This document shows, piece by piece, positions 22,378 to 30,731 of a stretch of 54,324 nt of DNA. The DNA comes from a virus. Its lineage: Duplodnaviria; Caudoviricetes. Where the stretch lies: IMG/VR virus record IMGVR_UViG_3300037486_000437, positions 1 through 54,324 of that record. One strand, written 5' to 3'. Positions within the stretch are counted from its first letter, which is position 1. The number at the start of each line of letters is the position of its first letter. Under the pieces are notes generated by a model, which was not told the origin of the DNA, ran no database searches, and worked only from the letters and a program-made list of their open reading frames with translations. A program made the position numbers and the translations under genes.

Positions 22378-22746
22378 TCAGCGCTCCCACGCCAGCCGAT
22401 ACGCCCGCGCGGCGTTGTCGTCTGGCGCAGCGTCAACCCAGGCCGCCGCGGCCGAAACCGCCCAGTCCGCCGCGGCCGGAACCGCCAAGTCCGCCGCGGC
22501 CGGAACCGCAACCTCTTTGCCCCGCGCCTGGTACGCCGGCACGGTCGGCGCCCGAGTGGGCGCCGGGTCGCTGGGCACGGCTTTGGGCGGCAACGCGCGC
22601 CAGTAATGGCCGATGGCCGGCAGGATCACCATGCGCGACCACAGATAGCTATTGAGCAACACGCCGCCGACGCAGATCGCCTTCACCCACCACAGCGTCT
22701 CGCCGGGCACCGGCCCGTAACTCGCCCAACCTGGCCACGGATACAT
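22378..22746 (-). CDS. Membrane protein with 7-aa repeats
   Basis: MYPWPGW...; 21-nt repeats at 22441-22510 encoding AVPAAAD. Confidence 0.5.
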   Translation of the reverse strand: MYPWPGWASYGPVPGETLWWVKAICVGGVLLNSYLWSRMVILPAIGHYWRALPPKAVPSDPAPTRAPTVPAYQARGKEVAVPAAADLAVPAAADWAVSAAAAWVDAAPDDNAARAYRLAWER

Positions 22747-23342
22747 CACGGCACCACCTCTCCCGCCAACGGCGCCCGGCGCGTAGCCTGCTGCCACCAA
22801 CGCCCCGCCACCCGCGCCTGCGGTTCCAGCCACGCCAGCCCCAGCGCCGCGAACACATCCCGCTCCTCTGGCGTCTCTAACATGCCCCCGTCCGGCCGCC
22901 ACACCCGGCCCTCCCGAATCAACAGCGTATCCGGCCGCGCCCCCCCCTGCCGGCACGCCGTCACCAGCCAATGGGAGAAATCTGCGGAACCCGTCCTGAG
23001 CGCCAATTGCACCCCCCACGTCTCCGGCTTTACCAGGAACAGATCCACCGGCAGCCCCCGAAACGCAAACTGCTTGAACCGCGGCCCGTCCTTCGTGCGC
23101 ACCCCCCCCAGCTCGCGCAGCGCCACGTCCACCAGGTCCACCGGCCGGCCGCTCGGCTCGCCGAACAGATCGAGCTCCCACGCCAGCCTGGGGATGCACA
23201 CGATCTCGAGATCGCCGACCGTCGCCGCCTGCCGGCGCAGACTGCCCGCGATCTGCAGCCGCTCACAGGCCGGCCGCAACCGTTCGCACAACTCCACAGC
23301 TACCGCCTGGGCGGCCGTATAGGCTATCGGCACCTTGCTCAT
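22746..23342 (-). CDS. Minimal DNA polymerase X-family nucleotidyltransferase
   Basis: 'IAGSLRR....GDLEIV', 'VDLF', 'RTGSADF', 'EERDVFAALGL.W..P..R'. Confidence 0.85.
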   Translation of the reverse strand: MSKVPIAYTAAQAVAVELCERLRPACERLQIAGSLRRQAATVGDLEIVCIPRLAWELDLFGEPSGRPVDLVDVALRELGGVRTKDGPRFKQFAFRGLPVDLFLVKPETWGVQLALRTGSADFSHWLVTACRQGGARPDTLLIREGRVWRPDGGMLETPEERDVFAALGLAWLEPQARVAGRWWQQATRRAPLAGEVVP

Positions 23343-23971
23343 CTCAGCTCCTCCGCTGCTACCGCCTGCTCCCGCCTGGCCTGCGCCAGCAGCCGCTCCA
23401 ACTGCGCAATACGCCGGCCCGGCTCCCGGTCGAGCCAGGGCCGGAAGTGCGGCGTCCGTGGCCGGCTGGGCGCCGTACTGGCCCGTACAGCGCCCGTGCT
23501 GAGCTGCCCCTGCTCCGCCACCACGCCAACACTGCCGTTCAGCCGCAGCGTCACCGCCGGCACATCCGCGCCCACCAGCACCACCCGGTTGACGATCTCG
23601 GCGCCCACTCGGTAGACCGCGGCGTCTGCATGGACCCCCGCCGCCACCGCCTCGGCCACCGTGGGCGGCAACGGCGGCAGCGCCGGCCCGCCATTGCGGC
23701 TGGCCCAGGCCCGCAGCTCGTCCTTGCGCGCCCGGCTCAGCACCACGCCGTTAGCCGGATCCGCATAGCGCCCCCACCAGGCGATGCTCACCGTGGCGTC
23801 GCCGCCCAACGCCTGCCTGATCTCCCGCAAGCTCCGCCCCGCCGCCAGCCGCTGGTAGATCTGCCGATATTCCGCATCCGAGATATCGGATGCTTCGGCC
23901 AGCGCCGTCACAAGCGCCACGGCCGGCTGCTCCGCTGTGTAAGCGGTGACTATCTGCAATGTTTTGCTCAT
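23339..23971 (-). CDS. Hypothetical (HTH-like) protein
   Basis: 'GRSLREIRQALG...VSIAWW'; start uncertain. Confidence 0.5.
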   Translation of the reverse strand: MSKTLQIVTAYTAEQPAVALVTALAEASDISDAEYRQIYQRLAAGRSLREIRQALGGDATVSIAWWGRYADPANGVVLSRARKDELRAWASRNGGPALPPLPPTVAEAVAAGVHADAAVYRVGAEIVNRVVLVGADVPAVTLRLNGSVGVVAEQGQLSTGAVRASTAPSRPRTPHFRPWLDREPGRRIAQLERLLAQARREQAVAAEELR

Positions 23972-24002
23972 CGGATACTCCATCTGCTCGCCCGGTGGCG
24001 AG

Positions 24003-24233
24003 TCAAGTGGACGCCACGGTGACAACTTCAACGTTGACCTTGTCATCAACGAAACTGCGCGTCACCATTCGCAAATTCCCATCGATCAGGGCAAACTCAA
24101 ATGAGACAATTTCACCTTCACCAAACGCTATTTGAATATTGCTCCGATCAAAGTATACTACGGTCGGCACTTCATATCCCTTGCCTTCCAGCGTGATTTT
24201 GACTCTCTCTAGCGGGATTATTGCGCTGATCAT
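24003..24233 (-). CDS. Small AT-richer hypothetical protein downstream of attI-like site 2
   Basis: 76 aa; visibly lower GC than its neighbours. Confidence 0.55.
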   Translation of the reverse strand: MISAIIPLERVKITLEGKGYEVPTVVYFDRSNIQIAFGEGEIVSFEFALIDGNLRMVTRSFVDDKVNVEVVTVAST

Positions 24234-24256
24234 TATTTTCCATCCTCACCGGCAGT

Positions 24257-24302
24257 CCGGCCTAACTTGTATTTATGCGGAATCCTTCCGCCTAACACGC
24301 CC
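24257..24302 (-). mobile_element. attI-like recombination site, copy 2
   Basis: Minus strand ...ATTCCGCATAAA-TACAA-GTTAGGC; near-identical to 46152-46197. Confidence 0.6.
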
Positions 24303-24410
24303 CACGGGCGGCGATTGCTGTGATAGGCCGTCCCTGCCTACACCGGGATCGCTTGAGAACGGTTGCGGTGCAGGCAGAGCGGCTTTTAGCAAAGCGGGTT
24401 CTGCAGCCCG

Positions 24411-25445
24411 CTAGTTGCCACTAACAAAAAACGGTAGATACAGCCCCCATACGGCTGGCGGTAACTCGCGATACTCGATACGGTAGTCACGGCATCCCGT
24501 GATGCTTCCCGACGCGTACACCTCGGCCATCACGTCGCCATCCTCCGAGATGTCGTCCCAGACGACGGGGAGCTTGCCGTTACCGATGCTGTCGAATTTC
24601 ACCCACTCCCCGGCGCTGTCCTGCCGGTAGAGCAGGATTACAGGATACACCCCGCTCGCGCCAATGGCCGTCAGCGTCCGTGTGTAGCGCGGCGTATGCA
24701 CGAGGTGGAAGACATCGACGATATCGGTGGTCATAATCTGCGAATCGTCCAGCGGTACACCGGGATACAGCGGCGTAGCCGTGCTGGCCGTGTCGTTAGG
24801 TTCTCGCGCTGAGCCAGCGCATAGGTCACGGCTCGCCAGCGGGCGCGCACCCGTGACGGTGCCGCCAACTCCGCCGTCAGCCTGCCACGCGATTGACGCG
24901 CCCTCGTGGACGCCACGATAGACGATGCCGAACATGCGCACCGACTCCGAGCCGGTCGGAGCCAGTTTGAGCGCCGCGCCCGCGGTGGCCCAGATCATCG
25001 GCCCGTTGACCTCCGTAACGTTGGCGGTATCAGTCCACAGCGTGATCTCCGGCGCGGCGCTGCTGTGAAGCGCGTATAGAAAACCGGAGTAGAGCGTCCC
25101 GTCAACGTCGAACACGTTCGGGCCGGAGAGATGCTCTAGCGTAGGCGTCACTACTGGCGTCGGCCAGGCGACGGGGCGGAGGCTGATGCTGCTACTCGCC
25201 CTCAACGAGCGGAGCCCGACCGCGTTCGGCGGTTGGGTGGGCGTCGGCGTCGCAGCCGGCGTCGGCTTCGGCGTCGGCGTGCAGTCCGGTATCGTTATGC
25301 CGGTCTGTACGTTTGCTTGGGTGGACGCTTCCGACACGGACGCTCCGATACGATCATGTGACGGCGGGGCTGACCAGAGCTCCGCCGTTATCGGTGCTGG
25401 TGTCGCCGCCAGCAGCGCGAGAACGAGAACGATTGCCGTAATCAT
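24411..25445 (-). CDS. Secreted/surface protein with PT linker, EPND (PPC-like) motif and C-terminal LYLP motif
   Basis: Signal peptide, PTPKPTPAATPTP, PNAVGL, REPNDT, GLYLPFFV. Confidence 0.7.
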   Translation of the reverse strand: MITAIVLVLALLAATPAPITAELWSAPPSHDRIGASVSEASTQANVQTGITIPDCTPTPKPTPAATPTPTQPPNAVGLRSLRASSSISLRPVAWPTPVVTPTLEHLSGPNVFDVDGTLYSGFLYALHSSAAPEITLWTDTANVTEVNGPMIWATAGAALKLAPTGSESVRMFGIVYRGVHEGASIAWQADGGVGGTVTGARPLASRDLCAGSAREPNDTASTATPLYPGVPLDDSQIMTTDIVDVFHLVHTPRYTRTLTAIGASGVYPVILLYRQDSAGEWVKFDSIGNGKLPVVWDDISEDGDVMAEVYASGSITGCRDYRIEYRELPPAVWGLYLPFFVSGN

Positions 25446-26236
25446 GTATCCTCTCCCTCTGACTCCTGATCCCTGTCCTCTGACTCCTGATCCCTGTCCT
25501 CTGACTCCTGATCCCTGTCCTCTGACTCCTGGCTCCGCAACCGCTGCACCCGCCAGTAGTCCTGGGTGTAATTCCCCAGATCCACATTCTCCGGCGCCGG
25601 CTCGTTGCGGCTGAGTTTCGCCGTCACAAATGCGCCCGGATTGTTGATCCCCTTGGCCGTCGCGCAATAGCGCGTCCAGGAGATGATCTCGATTTCCACC
25701 TCCGCCGGCGACAGCCCGTGCTCGTGCTCCGGGTCGGAGCCTAGCGCCGTCGCCACCGCCGCCTGGGCCCGCTCCCGCCGGCACCCCGTGCGCTGCACCA
25801 GGATCTCGGCGAGGCGCACGACCTCCGGGGCAAATTGGAGGTTTTTTTCCTCCAAATCGCCCCGGGGTAGTAGTAGTAGTTTAACCTTAACCTCTTCAGG
25901 AGAATGGTTAATTAAACTACTACTACTACTGTGAAATTGGAGGTTTTTTTCCTCCAAATCGCTGCCTGCGGCAAGCTGATCCGGCGTGAATAGCGGCAAC
26001 TGCACCGCCACGGCCGTCAGCCGCCACTGACCATAACCGCCGGGCGATTCCGCCAGCCGGATGCCGTCCGCCGCCAACGTGCGCAACGCCCGCCGCACCG
26101 TGGTGCGCTCGATCCCCGTGATCTCAGAGATTTCCAGCACCCCGGCCGGCCGCCGCAGCCAACGCAGCGCCAGCAAACACGCCAACGGCGCGCCCTTCAC
26201 CACCCGCAAAAAAACCGGCAGCGTCCAGGTGTCCAT
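25442..26236 (-). CDS. Replication initiator (wHTH)
   Basis: N-terminal wHTH 'EISEITGIERTTVRRALRTL', internal repeats, 'INNPGAFV' C-domain. Confidence 0.7.
   Translation of the reverse strand: MDTWTLPVFLRVVKGAPLACLLALRWLRRPAGVLEISEITGIERTTVRRALRTLAADGIRLAESPGGYGQWRLTAVAVQLPLFTPDQLAAGSDLEEKNLQFHSSSSSLINHSPEEVKVKLLLLPRGDLEEKNLQFAPEVVRLAEILVQRTGCRRERAQAAVATALGSDPEHEHGLSPAEVEIEIISWTRYCATAKGINNPGAFVTAKLSRNEPAPENVDLGNYTQDYWRVQRLRSQESEDRDQESEDRDQESEDRDQESEGEDT
25832..25962. other. Putative replication origin within the rep gene
   Basis: Two identical 29-bp direct repeats (25832-25860, 25934-25962) flank an 18-bp inverted repeat (25867-25884 / 25912-25929) in an AT-rich patch. Confidence 0.7.
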
Positions 26237-26587
26237 CTATGCCTCGCCCTGCTCCGGCTGATTTTCGGAAGCCGCCGCCTGCGGCGCTGCGCTGATGCGA
26301 ATCGGCAGCGTCTCACGCCCCGCTACCCGCATCGGCAGCGCTTCCAGCGTGATCGTCTTGCCCCGACACTGGCTCACATCATCGCCAAACAGCGCCCGCA
26401 ATGCGCGCTGATTCGTGGGACTGAGCACCAGGCCCTTTTGCTTGCCGACGAAATACGCGACAGGTTTCTGCTCCACCTGTCCCTGGCCGTGCAGCTCCTC
26501 GACTACAATCTCCCGAATCACCACGATGACCTTCCGGCCGCCGAGGTGCTCGCCCTTCAGGTAGTGCTCAAAATCACTCCACTTCAT
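26237..26587 (-). CDS. Conserved phage protein, possible OB-fold ssDNA-binding protein
   Basis: 'YLKGEHL..KPVAYF..KGLVLSPTN..FGDD..GK.I.L'; adjacent to rep. Confidence 0.55.
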   Translation of the reverse strand: MKWSDFEHYLKGEHLGGRKVIVVIREIVVEELHGQGQVEQKPVAYFVGKQKGLVLSPTNQRALRALFGDDVSQCRGKTITLEALPMRVAGRETLPIRISAAPQAAASENQPEQGEA

Positions 26588-27021
26588 CGCACCGCCTCCT
26601 CCGCCAGATCAAACTCGGCAAAGTCGAAACCCGCCTGGCACATCAGCAGCTCCTCGTCGAGCTCCTGCACGCCGCCCGCCAGCGCCTGCAGCAGGATGTC
26701 GAGCTGATCGCGCAGCGTCAGCACATCCACCTCGCACATGCGCCGATCGAGCGCACACGTCAGCGCCAGCTCCTCCGCCGCCTGCAACGCCGGCGCTGCC
26801 GCCACGGCCAGCGCCAACGCCCGCTTTTGCGCCGTCTTATTCGGGCCGAGGCCCTTCTCGCCGCCGGCCGCCTCGACCGCCCCCTGCTCGAGCAGCGCTC
26901 GCTGCGCCACCAACGCCCGCTCGGCCTTGACCGACGCCATGACCGCCCGCGCCAGATCCGCCCGCGCCTCCGCCAGGCTCGCCGCCACCCGCAACGCCGC
27001 CGTCATCAACTTCACCGTCAT
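26584..27021 (-). CDS. Hypothetical coiled-coil protein
   Basis: GGAGG RBS; ATGA coupling. Confidence 0.55.
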   Translation of the reverse strand: MTVKLMTAALRVAASLAEARADLARAVMASVKAERALVAQRALLEQGAVEAAGGEKGLGPNKTAQKRALALAVAAAPALQAAEELALTCALDRRMCEVDVLTLRDQLDILLQALAGGVQELDEELLMCQAGFDFAEFDLAEEAVR

Positions 27022-27347
27022 CGTGCTACCTCCATCCCGATCGTCAGCGTGTAGACCCCCGCCCACCGGCCCTTGTACCGCGTGGTACGCACCATAGACG
27101 GCGTGCAAAACAGCACCAGGTCATAATCGTCCATCCATGCCTTCAGCGCCCCTAGATCGCCGCCTGACACATGCGGCAGCGCCCCCGCATGGTCGGTGTA
27201 CACGATGCGGTCCAGCGGCGTCGGCTCGTAGTCGCGCAACGCCTGCAGCGGGTCATAACCCGGCCAGCGGAACTCGACCTGCGCCACCGGCTTTAGCCGG
27301 CGGATTTGTCTATTGACCCGTGGGGGATCCTGTGCTATAGTAGCCAT
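27018..27347 (-). CDS. Hypothetical protein, target of antisense RNA
   Basis: ATG 27347 with purine-rich RBS. Confidence 0.55.
   Translation of the reverse strand: MATIAQDPPRVNRQIRRLKPVAQVEFRWPGYDPLQALRDYEPTPLDRIVYTDHAGALPHVSGGDLGALKAWMDDYDLVLFCTPSMVRTTRYKGRWAGVYTLTIGMEVAR
27313..27341 (+). promoter_or_regulatory. Antisense sigma70 promoter
   Basis: TTGACC-17 nt-TATAGT with an extended TG. Confidence 0.7.
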
Positions 27348-27423
27348 GTTGTGCTCTCTCCCTGACGCCCCACCCAGGGCGTCCACCCGAGGCCCACCCG
27401 CTGCAAACGAGTGGGCTTCTTTC
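27348..27423 (+). ncRNA. Candidate ~75-nt antisense RNA
   Basis: Promoter upstream; hairpins at 27364-27383 and 27391-27417, the second followed by TTCTTT. Confidence 0.5.
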
Positions 27424-27622
27424 ATGCCGGTGGGCCGGCAGTCCGTTTCCGTTGCCGACCTGTCCGCCGACAGGCCACCGCCGCGAGTAGCGGCGCCCAA
27501 TCCGCCGCCTCCAGCTCCGCCAGCTCAGCCGCCACCCGCTCCGGCCAGCGCCCCGGCCACATGCGCCGCGCCCGCCCCTCAACCAGATCCGCCAACACCC
27601 CGAGCTGCATCGTCGTCGCCAT
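27422..27622 (-). CDS. Hypothetical protein
   Basis: MATTMQLG...; early operon. Confidence 0.4.
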   Translation of the reverse strand: MATTMQLGVLADLVEGRARRMWPGRWPERVAAELAELEAADWAPLLAAVACRRTGRQRKRTAGPPA

Positions 27623-27626
27623 CGGC

Positions 27627-27851
27627 CTACCTCTGCGCGTCCGCGTCCAGCGGCTCCGCCGCATCCGCTGCGCCATACGCCACGCAGCCCTCGCCAGCCG
27701 GCACATACCACTGCTCCACCGGCGCCTGATACGCGCCGGGCACGCTCGCCGCGGCCGTCGCGAGTGCCTGCTGCCGCTTCAGCTCGCCCTCGAAGCGCGC
27801 CAGCGCCGCCCGCAGACTCTGCACCGCCGCCAACATCTCACTGACCTGCAT
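27627..27851 (-). CDS. Hypothetical protein
   Basis: GGAGG RBS; MQVSEML... Confidence 0.5.
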   Translation of the reverse strand: MQVSEMLAAVQSLRAALARFEGELKRQQALATAAASVPGAYQAPVEQWYVPAGEGCVAYGAADAAEPLDADAQR

Positions 27852-28065
27852 CGCCGGCCTCCGCCTCCCGCACCAGCGCGTCCACCGTCCAGCCCTGCCG
27901 CGCCCACGGGTAGCGGCTCGCCTCGGTGCCATCAAACAGCAGCGCATCGCACGCATGTACCTCATACAGCCCCGGCCGCGCCACCTCGTGATAGCACTCG
28001 ACCGGCGGGAACGCGAGCCCCGTCGCAGACTGTTCGTCCGCCAGCCGTGAAAGAGTAGTCTTCAT
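27838..28065 (-). CDS. Hypothetical protein
   Basis: GGAGG RBS; ATGA coupling. Confidence 0.5.
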   Translation of the reverse strand: MKTTLSRLADEQSATGLAFPPVECYHEVARPGLYEVHACDALLFDGTEASRYPWARQGWTVDALVREAEAGDAGQ

Positions 28066-29621
28066 ACCGCCTCCAACAACTGCACCAGTTTCTCGGCTGC
28101 ATGGAGCAGCTCCACCAGCGCTCCCGTAGCGCTCGGATCGTCCTCCGCCTCGTATTCCGGCAGGCTTGCCGCATACGTCAGCAACCCGTCCCGCAACTCC
28201 ACCGCGTCCGCCCGTGCGCGCCGCAGCACCCCCAGCAGCCGCGCGCTCTCGGCGATCTCCGCCCTGTTCGGCCCTGGGCGCAGCGTGCTGCCGCCACCCG
28301 GCACAATCGTCATGGCCTCGGCCACCTTCCCGGCCGCCACTTTGGCCGACACCCGCCCCGGCGCGCCCGTTTCCCCGTTCCCCCGTTCTGCATTCTGCAT
28401 TCTTTCTTCTGCGTTCGGCTCCTCCTCCCCCAGCAACACCCGCACCGCCGCGAGCAACTCCCGCTGCGTCTCCGTGCTCACCACGGCGCCGTCGCCGGCG
28501 AACTTGCGCAGCGAGGCCCACAACGGCGCCCCGCCGTTCTGGCGCCGATGCGCCACCGCGTACAGAACGGTACGCCTACCGTCGGCGTCGTCCGCCAGCT
28601 CCGCATTCTCCACCAGCGCCGCCAGCCACGCCTCCACCGTCGCCACCAGCCCGCTCCCGTCCCCTGACCCCTGACCCCCGCCTCCTGACCCCTGACCCCT
28701 GACCCCTGACCCCTGACTCCCGCTCGCCCGCGCCTTCTCCGCACACTCCGGGCCGTAGCCCTTCGCCACCGAATCCGGGTCATCCAGCACCCGGTTACAA
28801 ATCCTGCAGCGCGTCTCCCGCCCCGTCCCCTCCGCCCGGCCCCGCTCCGGCTCCGGTCGCTCGGCCGGCTCTGCCTCGTCCTCTACCTCCTGACCCCTGA
28901 CCCCTGACTCCTGCTCCCCGTCCCCTGCCTCCTGTCTCCTGACCCCTGACCCCTGCTCCGCTGCCACCACCGCACACGCCTTCTTCAGGTCCCCCAGCAG
29001 CCCGCGCAGGCCCATGCTCTTGGCGTACTCCCCCAGCAGCAGCAGCCGATCCCGCCCCACGTCGTTCTGCAGCGCGATCTGCGCCAGGATGTGCACCCGC
29101 ACACTCGCCCCGAACTGCCCCAGCCACGACCGCACCGCCCCCTGGAGCTGCGCCGGCGTGGCGAACGCGTTCGGGTCCGCCGGCGTGCCGCCGATCGGCT
29201 TGTGTTGCAGGATCACCGTCTTGGCCGTGCTCACGCCGATCTTCTCGCCGGCCGCCGCCCGCTCGAGCGCTTCCTGCCGCGCTTCGTCGGGCGTGCCAGG
29301 GGAGGCGAGGAGGTAGGCCGCCGTCGTTGCGATATCCAACTGCGCGACATGTTGCACACTTGAGAACACGGAGTGGAGTTCGATTACCTTGTAGACCGTG
29401 CGGCGTCCGAGTTGCTTGGCATCAATCCAGCCATCGAAGCCGCCTCGTTTGTTGTGCCGGAGCATATCTCGAATCTCGGCGAACTTGCCTCCGGCATCAA
29501 TCATGTTGACGAGGCCTTGGCGCATGAGACCTTGCGCTTCCGAAAAGCGTTGCTCGATGACGATTCGCTGCTCGCTATCGTCGTACTCAAATGGTTTGAG
29601 AATATCTGTAGCCATCGTCAC
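28062..29621 (-). CDS. DUF3102-like N-terminus plus DUF6011-like Zn motif protein
   Basis: 'AGGKFAEIRDML....GFDGWI' and 'CRICNRVLDDPDSVAKGYGPEC'; two in-frame heptamer tracts. Confidence 0.65.
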   Translation of the reverse strand: MTMATDILKPFEYDDSEQRIVIEQRFSEAQGLMRQGLVNMIDAGGKFAEIRDMLRHNKRGGFDGWIDAKQLGRRTVYKVIELHSVFSSVQHVAQLDIATTAAYLLASPGTPDEARQEALERAAAGEKIGVSTAKTVILQHKPIGGTPADPNAFATPAQLQGAVRSWLGQFGASVRVHILAQIALQNDVGRDRLLLLGEYAKSMGLRGLLGDLKKACAVVAAEQGSGVRRQEAGDGEQESGVRGQEVEDEAEPAERPEPERGRAEGTGRETRCRICNRVLDDPDSVAKGYGPECAEKARASGSQGSGVRGQGSGGGGQGSGDGSGLVATVEAWLAALVENAELADDADGRRTVLYAVAHRRQNGGAPLWASLRKFAGDGAVVSTETQRELLAAVRVLLGEEEPNAEERMQNAERGNGETGAPGRVSAKVAAGKVAEAMTIVPGGGSTLRPGPNRAEIAESARLLGVLRRARADAVELRDGLLTYAASLPEYEAEDDPSATGALVELLHAAEKLVQLLEAV

Positions 29622-29851
29622 GCCTCCTCGACCGCCTCGACAACCGCCGGCTGCTCACTCAGTTCGCCAAACACCGCTTGCGTCTCTTCCGGCCCGAAGG
29701 CCAGGAAGAAGGCTCCGATAAAATTCTCGTTGATCTCGCGCTTGCCACTGAGCATCAACGAGACCAGGGCCTGGCTAACATTCATCTGCCGCGCCAGCTC
29801 TACCTGACTCATCCGGTCGCGTTGCTCCATCCACTCTTGCAGCCGTTTCAT
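29618..29851 (-). CDS. cro: Cro-like XRE HTH regulator
   Basis: 'MSQVELARQMNVSQALVSLMLSGKR'; divergent from the repressor. Confidence 0.8.
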   Translation of the reverse strand: MKRLQEWMEQRDRMSQVELARQMNVSQALVSLMLSGKREINENFIGAFFLAFGPEETQAVFGELSEQPAVVEAVEEA

Positions 29852-29884
29852 CCTTCCTCCTGTCAACCATTATCAACTGTATGG

Positions 29885-29913
29885 AGTATAGCATAACTCT
29901 TTACGATTGTCAA
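29885..29913 (-). promoter_or_regulatory. Early lytic promoter
   Basis: TTGACA-17 nt-TATACT with TG extension; TTTACGA repeated nearby (candidate operators). Confidence 0.8.
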
Positions 29914-29980
29914 TACGGAAATTTACGAATATAAAGAAATGTTCGCGCCAGTGTGGACAAGGCGTGATATAATCGAGGTC

Positions 29981-30565
29981 GTGAACGAAGGCGTGCGGAG
30001 AGACCGGCTTGAGGCACTGATGGCGGCGCGTGGCTATGGCCCGGGTGAACTGGCCTACCAGGCGGGCGTCAGCTATAACTACATCTACAAGATCCGGCTA
30101 GGGCAGGCGCCCCATATTTCAGCCGCCCAGGTCGCCAAGCTGGCCGCCGCGCTGCGCACCAGTCCCGGCTATCTCATGGGTTCGACCGACGATCCGGCGC
30201 CACAACCGGTGCCCTCGACGCAACTTGTCGTCAACGAAGATCGAGCAGATTACGCGCCCCTCACCCGCGAGGTCGCGCAACTGGCCGCACGCCTCAACCG
30301 CCTGCCGGCCGGCGCCCGCGCCAAGATCATCGCCGCCTTTGCGGCTGTGGTGGAGCTGACCGAAGGTCAACCCCTCGCCGTAGCTGAGGCGCTCAACGCA
30401 CCGGCGGGGGAGGATCAGGCCGCGACCGACGCGCGTCTGGCCGATCAGCGCCGGCGGCTCTTTCGTCTGTTGGATCAGTTGACGGACGAGGAAGTAGAGG
30501 AGTGGACCCGCCGCATTCAGGCCGCAGCCGCCGCAGAACAACGCGCAGCAGCTCAGACAGGATAG
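29981..30565 (+). CDS. cI: CI-like XRE repressor lacking an S24 peptidase domain; probably leaderless
   Basis: HTH 'ELAYQAGVSYNYIYKI..G...KLAAAL..S..YLMG'; TGnTATAAT at 29965-29973 lies 7 nt before GTG 29981. Confidence 0.8.
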   Translation: MNEGVRRDRLEALMAARGYGPGELAYQAGVSYNYIYKIRLGQAPHISAAQVAKLAAALRTSPGYLMGSTDDPAPQPVPSTQLVVNEDRADYAPLTREVAQLAARLNRLPAGARAKIIAAFAAVVELTEGQPLAVAEALNAPAGEDQAATDARLADQRRRLFRLLDQLTDEEVEEWTRRIQAAAAAEQRAAAQTG

Positions 30566-30641
30566 ACTCGCGCCGCGCCGCCGAGAGTTCCTCGAAAGCG
30601 TCGGCAGCGATCTCGTAGTCCAGCTTGCGTTTGGCGGTCAT
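30393..30641 (-). CDS. Putative SOS-induced antirepressor
   Basis: Downstream of a LexA-box promoter; overlaps the cI 3' end in antisense. Confidence 0.45.
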   Translation of the reverse strand: MTAKRKLDYEIAADAFEELSAARRESILSELLRVVLRRLRPECGGSTPLLPRPSTDPTDERAAGADRPDARRSRPDPPPPVR

Positions 30642-30662
30642 GGCGGCTTCAGTGGGCGCAAT

Positions 30663-30706
30663 AGAACAACTGTTCGTATTGTACCAGTCGTTACAGCCAT
30701 CGTCAA
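30663..30706 (-). promoter_or_regulatory. Promoter with overlapping LexA (GAAC-N4-GTTC) box
   Basis: TTGACG-17 nt-TACAAT (30706-30678); GAAC-AACT-GTTC at 30664-30675 covers the start site. Confidence 0.75.
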
Positions 30707-30731
30707 TATCACGAGCTAGGAGCTTCGCATC

